64,000 nt of DNA, taken from positions 64,054,998-64,118,997 of the forward strand of contig NC_068989.1 in assembly GCF_001194135.2 (NCBI RefSeq), read 5' to 3'. The translations under genes were made by a program, and so were the position numbers. Positions within the stretch are counted from its first letter, which is position 1. Each line of letters opens with the position of its first letter. This document shows, one piece after another, positions 53,009 through 64,000 of the stretch. The DNA comes from Octopus bimaculoides. Taxonomy: Eukaryota. The notes beneath the pieces were generated by a model that ran no database searches, was not told the DNA's origin, and worked only from the letters and a program-made list of their open reading frames with translations.

Positions 53009-53769
53009 TTTATTATTATTATTATTATTATTTTGGCCGTTTGAAGCTCCGTAAGTTGAAATAGTGTATGAAATCTTTTCGGCCTTCTAAGGTCCCGTGT
53101 TTTTATTTTATTGTTACCATTGCATTTCTGAGATTGTCTGGACTAGGACGGAAGAAGAAGCCAGGTGTCATTCGGCAACAATTTTCGAGGAATGAAAACT
53201 TCATAATCCCCGGTTGTCTCGACCAATACCTTCCCAAGTTTAGGGTACTGAATGTACCGCCAGAAATATCCATCATCTGGTTAGTGGCGGCCGTCTTGGC
53301 AGGTTTAGAAGAAGAACGAAGTGACAATATTGGAGGTCAAATGTAGAACTGTGTGAAACACTTATTATTATTGCTATTACTATTATCATTTTTAATAGTT
53401 TACAGTTTTATATGAGTTTGGTTTTATTTTATTATTTCATTGTGCAATTTTACTAAGAGTAAAGTCTGTTAAATTTGACCAGTCCTTGCTTGCAATTGTT
53501 ATACAACTTGAGGTTTAGGAAAACCTTGATTTAGAAATCTGTAATATTCATAGTTTGCTCATCAGTAACATTATCATCGCTAATGAAGACAAACAACTTC
53601 CAATGACAATCAAATAGAAATTAACGTTTCCGTTCACTGTGGAATTTCTTTATTGCTCTTCAATATTTAACTCAGCTTAGTTGTAGATACATTTCGGTTT
53701 AACAACACCTCATGTCATTTAAATGTCCTTAGTCGAGTCCATTTTGCTGCTAACTTACCGACCAGGTAA

Positions 53770-54572
53770 GGCGGCGAGCTGGCAGAATCGTTAGCACGCC
53801 GGGCGAAATGCTTAGCGGTATTTCGTCTGCCGTTACGTTCTGAGTTCAAATTCCGCCGAGGTCGACTTTGCCTTTCATCCTTTCGGGGTCGATAAATTAA
53901 GTACCAGTTACGCACTGGGGTCGATGTAATCGACTTAATCCGTTCGTCTGTTCTTGTTTGTTCCCTCTATGTTTAGCCCCTTGTGGGCAATAACGAAATA
54001 CGAAATAGGTATTTCGTCTGCCATTACGTTCTGAGTTCAAATTCCGCCGAGGTCGACTTAGCCTTTCATCGTTTTGGAGTCGATTAAATAAGTACCAGTT
54101 ACACACTGAGGTCGATGTAATCGACTTAATCCCTTTGTCTGTCCTTGTTTGTCCCCTCTATGTTTAGCCCCTGTGGGCAATAGAGAAATTGGTATTTCAT
54201 TTGCCGCTACGTTCTGAGTTCAAATTCCGTCGAGGTCGACTTTGCCTTTCATTCTTTCGAGGTCAATTAAATAAGTACCAGTTACGCACTGGGGTCGATA
54301 TAATCGACTTAATCCGTTTGTTTGTCCTGGTTTATCCCCTCTGTTTGTAGCCCCTTGTGGGCAGTAAAGAAATAAGAAACGTTAGCACACCGGGCGAAAT
54401 GCTTAGCGGTATTACGTCTGTTTTTACGTTCTGAGTTCAAATTCCACTGAAGTCGACTTTGCCTTTCATCCTTTCGGGGTCGATTAATTAAGTACAAGTA
54501 ACATACTGAGGTCGATCTAATCGACTAGTTCCCTCCCCAAAAATTTGGAGCCTTGTGCCTAGAGTAGAAAAG
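53770..54572 (+). mobile_element. Head-to-tail array of four SINE-A units
   Basis: Unit 1 is full length (53770-54007: A box TGGCAGAATCGTTAG, B box GAGTTCAAATTCC). Units 2 (54008-54190) and 3 (54191-54374) both start at ggtatttc. Unit 4 (54375-54572) starts at agaaacgttagc and has a different tail. Confidence 0.9.
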
Positions 54573-54934
54573 AGCATACAGACCAGGTGTTTTGGTACGA
54601 TCTAACGACAACTCGGTCTGTATTCCTGCGCTGATCGCTTTCGACTGCAACAGATCTGGCGCTGGGGCGGAAGGGTTCACTTTTCTATAGTCCACTTCTC
54701 TCGGAAACCCAACAAAATGGAAAACAACACCATTTCTGCGTTTACTAAGCCTCAAACATTCTTTCTAATAAAAAAAATATTGTTTAAAACTGGTCATAGG
54801 GAAATCGTTATGTATTCTTCTCTACTCGAGGAACAAGGTCCGAAATTTTGGGGGAGGGGGCCAGTCGAGTAGTACTGGTACTTAATTTATCGAACCCGAA
54901 AAAACATAACACATTAATATATACAAATTGTTGT

Positions 54935-55228
54935 TGGCACTCCGTCGCTTACGACGCCGAGGGTGTCAGTTGATCCGATCAACGGAACAGCCTGCTCGTG
55001 AAATGAACGTGCAAGTGGCTGAGCACTCCACAGACACGTGTACCCTTAACGTAGTTCTCGGGGATATTCAGCGTGACACAGTGTGACAAGGCTGACCCTT
55101 TGAATTACAGGCACAACAGAAACAAGAAGTAAGAGTGAGAGAAAGTTGTGGTGGAAGAGTACTGCAGGGTTCGCCACCATCCCCTGCCGGAGCCTCGTGG
55201 GGCTTTAGGTGTTTTCACTCAATAAACA
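54935..55228 (-). mobile_element. SINE with the SINE-C 3' half joined to a different 5' half (head in gap)
   Basis: 54935-55110 matches SINE-C; 55111-55228 does not. Confidence 0.7.
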
Positions 55229-56021
55229 NNNNNNNNNNNNNNNNNNNNNNNNNNNNNNNNNNNNNNNNNNNNNNNNNNNNNNNNNNNNNNNNNNNNNNNN
55301 NNNNNNNNNNNNNNNNNNNNNNNNNNNNNNNNNNNNNNNNNNNNNNNNNNNNNNNNNNNNNNNNNNNNNNNNNNNNNNNNNNNNNNNNNNNNNNNNNNNN
55401 NNNNNNNNNNNNNNNNNNNNNNNNNNNNNNNNNNNNNNNNNNNNNNNNNNNNNNNNNNNNNNNNNNNNNNNNNNNNNNNNNNNNNNNNNNNNNNNNNNNN
55501 NNNNNNNNNNNNNNNNNNNNNNNNNNNNNNNNNNNNNNNNNNNNNNNNNNNNNNNNNNNNNNNNNNNNNNNNNNATATATTATATATACACATGTGTATG
55601 TTTGACTCTGTGCGTGTGTGTGCGTGTGTGTGTCACCTGCCAAAGAAGGTATCACAGTCACTATGACACGCTATACAATCACTGCTGTGAGTAATATGCA
55701 AATTAAATAAACCAAGTCATTTGATTCGCTGTTCCAATTCCCCATCATATCACTCCACTGTCATCTCTTCTCAACATTCTTTAGTCGCTGTTCGTTTCTT
55801 CCATCTGTAATTCTATTAGTCTTTCTTTCCAATGTCTCCTGGGAAAAAAGAGCGCTTACATTATTCTTTCTGTCTAACGTGTCCGTTCTCTGCATCTGTC
55901 AGTCTTCCTTTGTTACTTGTGGATTTCCGACCAACCTACAAAGTTGTCATCTACCCACATGATTTGATATGAAATAACTTTGTTTTTGTCGAAGTATGGA
56001 GAGGATTTATATATATATATT

Positions 56022-56088
<67 letters not shown>

Positions 56089-56550
56089 ATATTTATGTAT
56101 TACCCTATATCTTGTTTACTATCATCACTTGGATATACATTATCGTTACCAGTTGACTCGGGTGAGATTGTTCAGACCTAGAAAAATCATGAACACAGTT
56201 CATCTAACCTAAATATTTTATTACAATGTACATGCATAATACTATGTATGCATGGATGTATGTATGTGTGTATGTATGCATGTATGTATGCATGTATGTA
56301 TGTATGCATGAATGTATGTATGTATGTGTATCTATGTATGGTCTGAGGCGAGTTGTCTCGCCTGACATTCAGATTTTTTAACACCCGGCACTTAAAAAAA
56401 ACCCACCATGCTAAATCTCAGCTTACTGGCGAACAAAGAATGCGCGTACACTGAGTATGTGCAGCCGATAATGTATATATGTGTTTGCGTGTGTATGTGT
56501 ATGTACGCGTGCATGTATGTATGTATATGTGTGTATGAGTACGTGTGTGT

Positions 56551-56605
<55 letters not shown>

Positions 56606-57134
56606 NNNNNNNNNNNNNNNNNNNNNNNNNNNNNNNNNNNNNNNNNNNNNNNNNNNNNNNNNNNNNNNNNNNNNNNNNNNNNNNNNNNNNNNNNNNNNNN
56701 NNNNNNNNNNNNNNNNNNNNNNNNNNNNNNNNNNNNNNNNNNNNNNNNNNNNNNNNNNNNNNNNNNNNNNNNNNNNNNNNNNNNNATCTCGTGACAGAAG
56801 TAAAAGAAAAGGAAAAAAAGACATATCGTTAGGTTATTAACATCTGTTGATATGTTTTTTACTTCTCTAACAAGAATTTGCCCCCCAAAATGTTTAAATT
56901 ACTGGAATTTAATTTATTTGGGCAAAATCGAAACAGCTGTAAGGGAACATGTTGAATTTTGGCAGTTAATAAATTATATTAATGCTACTTCTCCATATTC
57001 TCGATTCTAATTTGAATATTTATGAATAATGTTTTATACTTAAACATATTTCTATTACTTTAGAAATATTACTATGCACAGCAAAATAATTGGTAACAAA
57101 CCAGTAACTCATTGGATATTTTCTAACCCTTAAG

Positions 57135-57303
57135 GTTAGCGGCATTTCGTCTTTTGGTTCTGAGATCAAATTCTGCGGAGGTCAGCTTTGCCTTTCAATC
57201 CTTTTTGGGGTCTATGAAATAAAAATTTGTTGAATACTAGGATCAATATAATCGACTTATCCCTTATCCCGAAATTGCTGACCTTGTGACAAAACTTGAA
57301 ACA
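57135..57303 (+). mobile_element. SINE-A, 5'-truncated and diverged
   Basis: Body gtcagctttgcctttc and tail 3 gaaattgctgaccttgtgacaaaacttgaa. Similar partial copies occur at about 3530-3640 (+), 54831-54905 (-), 60720-60820 (+) and 61155-61290 (+). Confidence 0.7.
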
Positions 57304-57984
57304 TAGTGTTGTGAAAAATCTAGCCTGCCAAAAAAAAAAGTCTACGGACTTTTATTTTCATAACCTTTATCTGGTGAAGCTCGAGGAGAAATTTAAATAA
57401 ATATTCCATAAATATTTGTTTTTCTCTGTTCTATATTATATAGACATTTAATTCCTGTGATCCACGAATCAAATTTGGGATCCTAATTGCCGGCAGTTAA
57501 CCCTAATCAGGTCTTAATCAGCCGTAAATGAGGAGGCTTATCATCAAACGCATTGCAGTAAGTTTTATGAGTATGTCGAACTCCATTATCTAATGCGTCT
57601 TTTCAGCAACTATACGGTGATTTCCCCTTCTTTCTTTTGAGATATTGTAGTGATATTTCATGAAATTGTAGCCGCTGTTTCGAATAAGTCGAGTGACCAC
57701 TTGAAAATGACTTCACTGGCTCATTAAGATACTAGTCTTTTGGGATTGAGGGTTTTTTTCCGGTTTTTCTTTATGTTCGAACCTTATGAACGAAAAGTTG
57801 TTTATAAATATTCATCGAGAAGGAAAACCGTATACAGAAGACAAGATCAAATGAAAAGCTAGATTTAAACTGCAATCATAATTCAGTTGTTTATTTTTAT
57901 GTTCCATGTAAATGTGTCTGTGTCTATGTATGTGTGTATGTATGTATATGTACATATACACATATATATATGTACATATATCTA

Positions 57985-58740
57985 TGTATTTGCCTGAGTG
58001 TTGGGTCCTTTGGGTGCTTGGATAAAATGCGAATGTCAAGTTGACCCAGGTTACCTCCATGTTGGTCCTTGGCATGTTGGTAGAGTATGGAGGACTTTAT
58101 TTTGTCGTCATATTGTCTCAAATGTTTATTTAGTCGCTCCGCAATGCTTCTAGATGTCTCCCCTATGTATGTCATGTTCATGTCTTTACAAGCACCATCT
58201 ATGCATCTTATGTTGTAAACTAAATTTCTAGTTCTACAGTTAATGCCAGGAATAATCAAAGGGGTACGTCCAACATAGTTGTGATCTGACGGAGTTCCCT
58301 GGCTTTTCAACAATCTTAATGTTGAGTTTGGTCTCATTCAGATCTTTCCTTAATCTACGATCTAGTTCTCCATAGGCTGTGGCCTCTACAAACATCACTC
58401 CTTGATATTTGTCGGTTTTATACCACGTGTTCACCACGTTTGCTTTGTCACAAGTTCTTTGTATTCTATTCTAGTCTTTGTTTCTGCATCTAGGGCAGGT
58501 ACTACTGATATCATATAATGTTATATAACTTCTTACTAGCACCCCTGTATACTCGAACCCTATCTTTCTGACCATATCCAGAGAATTGCATGAAGTGCAT
58601 GAAGTTCTGTACATGTTTCTTCGTTTCATAGGGTTTGCATAGTGGGGACACGTTGTTCATTGTCCTAACTAAGTCTCCTATCAGTATGTTAATTTTCATG
58701 TTGTTTGACAAAGCTGAATTCTTGTGAACAACATATTTCG
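57985..58740 (-). mobile_element. Penelope-like element (Neptune-like) remnant: RT thumb/linker plus GIY-YIG endonuclease, frameshifted
   Basis: Successive frames give YVVHKNSALSNNMKINILIGDLVR..FSGY..R; WYKTDKYQGVMFVEATAYGEL..VEKPG; and CRTRNLVYNIRC..YIGETSRSIAERLNKH..LYQH (VY-x-YIG, R..H). Confidence 0.85.
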
Positions 58741-59575
58741 AAGCTATGGGTTACATGTAATAGGAGTGGAAGAACTGCACTCTGTTGTTCACAGTCTCTA
58801 ACAAAAGTTCAGTATCAAGAACGGGGAGTCTATTGTTGGGGTGCCTGATGTTCATTTTACTTCTTTTATTATATATTTTTTCACTTACCACGTACTCACG
58901 TTTTTTTTTCTTGTATTTGTTCTTCGTTTTTTTTGGATTTACTATACAATATATGCGTATATGTGTGTGCATGTGTGTGTATGTATGTATGTATGTATGT
59001 ATGTATGTATGTGTATATATGTACTATGTGTCTATATATCTACGTATGAATGCATGTATGTAAGTATATACACATACACAATATGCATATGTATTACTTT
59101 TGCAAGAAAAAAGATCAACAATGGTTTCGATGCTTCAACTCAGATGTTTTCATAATAAAGCAAGGTTTTTTCTTGATTTGTTTTATTTTCCCCAGACTTT
59201 TGTCTGTTTTTTGTTCATCTTGCGTAGGGATTTAGTACTTACAAAGTATATTGATAAACCTCTACTTTGCCACCCTTAATCTCCACCAGCAAATGAACCA
59301 TAAGTAGTATATAAAAAGCTTGGAAAACAAAAATATTTACAGTCTTACGAATGCAACTGTGCGGCAAACTTCGAAGTCGCAAACAGTAGTTTCCTTGTTA
59401 AAATAAATGCGGTACTCTACTTAAATGTATTTAGATGTATTTCGTGATCTTTCAACGACAATAAACATTAAGATAGATAGATATGTTGATTGATTGATAG
59501 AGAGAGAGAGAGAGAGAGATAGGAAGGTAGGTAGGTAGGTAGGTAGGTAGGTAGATACATAATACATACATGCAT

Positions 59576-59618
<43 letters not shown>

Positions 59619-61656
59619 CNNNNNNNNNNNNNNNNNNNATATATATATATACCCACGGAGGCACACACACGCATATATATAGATATATATATGTATATAT
59701 GTGTGTGTGAATGTGTGTGAGTATGTGTGTGTGTGTGCGTGCGTGTGTGTGTGTGTGTGTGCGTGTGTGTGTGTGTGTGTGTGTGCGTGTGTGTGTGTAA
59801 TAGATAAGTAATAAACTGGTTGATATGATTGCAAGAGAAGAAGATTAATAGATCAGTGCTTGGGGAAACGATTCTATACTGTTTGGTCTCGATTCCATAG
59901 CAGCATCTATTGTTAGTAGCTATTTCACTTCATTTACATTGCTAATGCCCTTAGTATCAAAATTATTATAATATGGTTGGTCTCCTAAGAATTCATTTCG
60001 CAGCTTAGCAATGGTAATATTAATGGTGATTTATTATGGTAGTCTATGTTTAATGTGTATATTTGTATATAATCTCAAAAGACTGACATATTGAAGAACA
60101 TCACTCAATATCAATAAAAGGATACCGGAATTCATGACCGAGTACCTAGTAGCTAGGAAGCCTTATATATATTTTCTGTGTTTCTTTAATATTCTTCATC
60201 ACACTGTTTCCGTTGCATTTAATTTTTCTTTTCTTGATATGCCAAGGAGGGAGTCGGCAAGCGTTGCTAGATTTTGCTAGAAATAGTACTCATCTGCCCT
60301 CAAAAACTATATATTACCATCTTATAAAGGAGTATGCTGTATAATATCAACTTCGATTCACTTTGCCTTGGTAAAAAGACCAGATGGTCACAGTCAGAAT
60401 ATCTCTGATAATTATAGGTCTTAATTATGGGCTTAATGATAAAGACTACTGCTAGTATTACTATTTATCATATGCTGGTCCATACAGATTATATTGACTG
60501 ATAGAAAAACTTTTATCTCATTCATAGGGTATATTTTCAACTCAATACTATATTCTTTCGTATCAGCCATTTCTTTGGAGTTTTTTTTTTGTCTATTTCA
60601 TACTTTGTTTTTAGTGTGCAAGAATTAAGGATAAAGTTTTCAACATAAGTGTGATGCATTGTAGAAGCCAGCGTGTACACAGAGTCGTTAGAACATCGAA
60701 AGATTCCAAGCATGATTTCCATTGGATTTTTATATTCAAAACCTATTGAGGTCAGCTTTGCCTTTCATACTTTCAGGATGGATAAATATAGTACAACACT
60801 AGTATTGGGATACATTTCCCCTCCTTCATCTCTCTCGATTGTATCTGTAATTAAAAGTTCTTGTCTCGTCACGTTGTGTCACTCTGATTCGACCGGAGAA
60901 TTACATTAAGGCTATACATATCTGTTGCATACGTAGTCATTTAACATGCTAATTATATGGTCGAACGACTGGATGCTAATCGTCGATACTGACGGAGAAT
61001 CCGGATATCCGATAGAGACTTCAGCAAGCTACCTCTAAGAATCACTAACATTAATAACAATATCATTCTCAGTTAGAGCTCATTTGTAAATATATTATTC
61101 ATGCTTTCATTGAATGATTTGTGCAAACAGGCGCTGGTACAGATATGAGGTTAAATTCTGGCAAGGGTTCCTTGACTTTTTATTCTTCTCGGGTTGATTA
61201 AATAAAGTGCCAGTCTTCTACTGGGGTCTGGTGATTTTGACCAAACTTTTGCAATCAAGCTTGCTAAACTTGAGCCTAAATTAGAAAACCNNNNNNNNNN
61301 NNNNNNNNNNNNNNNNNNNNNNNNNNNNNNNNNNNNNNNNNNNNNNNNNNNNNNNNCTGGCAAGGGTTCCTTGACTTTTTATTCTTCTCGGGTTGATTAA
61401 ATAAAGTGAGCTGCAGGTTTTGCGTTGGCCTCCTTGTTGGTTGACGGTCTTTTCTTCAAATGTAGTTTCCAATTTCCAATTTCCAATTTTGTGACAAGGC
61501 CACGATAACAATTACAGCATCCAGTCTCAAGACAAAATCGGTACCATTTGCGGATTAACGAAACGCCTTGCAAATCCCTGATTCATTCCCTAAAATTAGA
61601 AGAAACTCTTTCGAACAATTTAAAATGACAATCTGTGTACATATATTTACAATATA

Positions 61657-61700
<44 letters not shown>

Positions 61701-62675
61701 AATTCGTTTCTCTGTTTCAATTACATATAAACACATACAGCGTATGCGTAGGTGCTTGTGTGTTGTTTTGTATATTTTGTAGAACAACGATATACGTATA
61801 CATATACTGCTCAATACGAACACTTGTGCATGTAAAAAGTATTTAGAGTTTGATGAAGGTTAATTCATGTGTAGAGTAAACAAAATTACTTATTCGATGG
61901 GGGTGAAATCGTGTTTTGAATATGTAATCTTGTTTGCATTGCATATATACATATAGGCCAATATGCAGATCCACACATATTTATGCACACACACACGTGC
62001 ACAGAAGACATTGTGTATCTAAATAAATAGAGACCCATACGTATACATGTATGTGTATGTTTCTATATATATATACTATATATATATATATATATAGTAT
62101 ATAATATACTTATATATATATAATATACACACGTATATAAATGTATATGATATATATACATATATATATATGTACACTTATAGATATATCTTATGATATA
62201 CATACACACACATATATATATTAAGATAGATAGAGAGATAGGGAAACCGATAGACAGACAGACAAGTAGGTAGGTAGGTAGGTAGGTAGGTAGGTAGGTA
62301 GGTAGGTAGGTAGGTGAATAGATAGACAGTGCGAGAGAGATTAATAAGATAGATTAGTGTTTTTCTCTATTTGTCTTTGCACCATACACATTGTCTCATA
62401 GCTACCATTCTTTGTTTGATGCCATCAGTTATTCAAACAGCTATAAATTACACCAAATCAGGAAAGCCATCAAAACACATGCATCAAAAAATATTATGCA
62501 AAACTTCACTTGTTTAATATTATTTATTGTGCTAGTGATTTTTATGCTATCACTTTTTTTCTGTTTTTAACCTTGTTCTTCATCCTATGAACACACAGCC
62601 ACTTCGTCTTAATCGCTGAAGGTCCTTAAACATAAACAGTAATCTTTTTCAAACCAACACATACACAGGGTCATA

Positions 62676-62875
62676 CGAGGAGGTGCTCAAAAGTTCCTGA
62701 TTTGGGGCTAAAAAAAAAAGAAATGCATTATGATCTTATTCAACATATTCCCCTCTCAAATTCACACACTTATCGCAGCAGTCCTTCAGTTTTTCTAAGC
62801 CATATAAAAAGAACTCGGACGGTTGGGCCTCCACCCTGGCCTTTCGCGAGACAGGAACTTTTCAGCACCACCTCG
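62676..62875. mobile_element. Tc1/mariner-type MITE, 200 bp
   Basis: 24-bp TIRs cgaggaggtgctcaaaagttcctg / caggaacttttcagcaccacctcg (22/24). TA on the left, AA on the right. Confidence 0.8.
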
Positions 62876-63947
62876 AATATATAGAAGTACATAGAGAAAT
62901 ATGTTTTAAGTGCACTCAATGTACTGAAATGTTTTTTCCCCATTGATACTTTGCTCTATTAATCTGTTTTAACTGTTAAGGAAATAGCTATTGTTGAGTA
63001 ATTTATTTTCCTCTTTATCTAGTTTAAATCACATTCGATAAACGATCTTTGTAGCATATTGAAATGAAATTTATCATCTCCACATGGCTATTGTTATGCC
63101 ACGTTAAATTACGATAGTTTAGCGATCAATAAATTTTGTCATATCAATAGTTATCTCTTGCTCCATGAGCAAAGCATTGATCATTCTTTGGCCCTTTTGG
63201 ATCACAATAAAAATTGTAGCTTGACTGTGAAATGCTAAATTAACGAGAAATCGATAATGAATTTGAGAGCCATCATTGTACATAGAAAGAAGTTTCGTAC
63301 GCGGTCCGAGATTATATATGTGGTGTAGTCCCAGCTTAACATATAAATATGAATACATGTATACTACAATTTGTAAACCACAGTTTCGCACCTAAGTAGC
63401 TCTGCATAGGAGCAAATTATTTGAAAGTCTACTGCTAGTATAATATTCCCTAGCAATGGTATATATTAACATAATGTATACTATCAGTGTTATACATTTA
63501 TACATTATATACTAACAATATGCTAACAATAGTGTGTACATAAATATATATATATATAATGTGAGTTTCGAGAGATTTATTATGTTGGCGGATGCCGTGG
63601 TTGTTCGCAGTTATGTTCCAGGTTGGACTATCGGCATCGATTAGTATATAACGTTTATGAATACTTGGAGTTATCACCCACATGGTAAATTCCTCTGATG
63701 GGTAATTCCGTGTTCGTTTCATGAATTGTTCATTTCATTTCATGGATGTTAATATTATCTGGAGTGTATACTGTCAATGATTATAACGATAGAAAATTAT
63801 GCCTGGTTTCATATGCAACTGCTCATATTCTGTGCAGTAGAAACCTGTGTAGGTTGTCGTAACCATAAACATATTCTCTATCGTTATGATATATATATAT
63901 GTTTGTGTGCTTACGTGTCTGTGTGCGTGTGTGCATGTTCGTGCATG

Positions 63948-64000
<53 letters not shown>

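Noticed and set aside
53040-53345. Possible piggyBac-like peptide (YWS motif) in ORF 53103-53327
   Set aside because: A single tripeptide with no other transposase motifs or TIR; left unclassified.
53770-54572. CRISPR-like or satellite array
   Set aside because: Units are ~183-240-nt SINE copies without unique spacers, in a eukaryotic context.
60384-60425. Candidate downstream exon (cag|atggt...)
   Set aside because: Reads (Y)GHSQNISDNYRS*, with no similarity to the expected YGYT..DV..YW and no polypyrimidine tract.
61158-61409. ~52-nt direct repeat on both sides of the 61291-61356 gap
   Set aside because: Most likely overlapping contig ends or an unresolved heterozygous indel.

Overview
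Eukaryotic, AT-rich, microsatellite-saturated draft scaffold with 20 N-gaps. The repeat content looks like an octopus/coleoid cephalopod genome (inference). The only host coding sequence I can support is two + strand exons (32654-32877, 46921-47003) of a Cys-loop GABA-A receptor beta/LCCH3-type subunit, separated by a 14,043-nt intron. The neighbouring exons are not visible, so most or all of the window is probably intron of this one gene. The rest records retroelement activity: three tRNA-derived SINE families (one with swappable 3' tails and a head-to-tail array), five antisense R4/Dong-type RLE LINE fragments tied to (TAA)n repeats, two Penelope-like (GIY-YIG) fragments, a CR1-like remnant, and hAT, mariner and foldback MITEs. 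The most interesting signals are type I hammerhead ribozyme motifs. One is a minimal motif with an intact core (25829-25863, minus strand). The others lie in a ~386-nt tandem-plus-inverted repeat (about 7760-8650) whose three copies give a complete hammerhead consensus, as expected for a retrozyme or Penelope pseudo-LTR. Nothing here was searched against a database; family names come from motif recognition.
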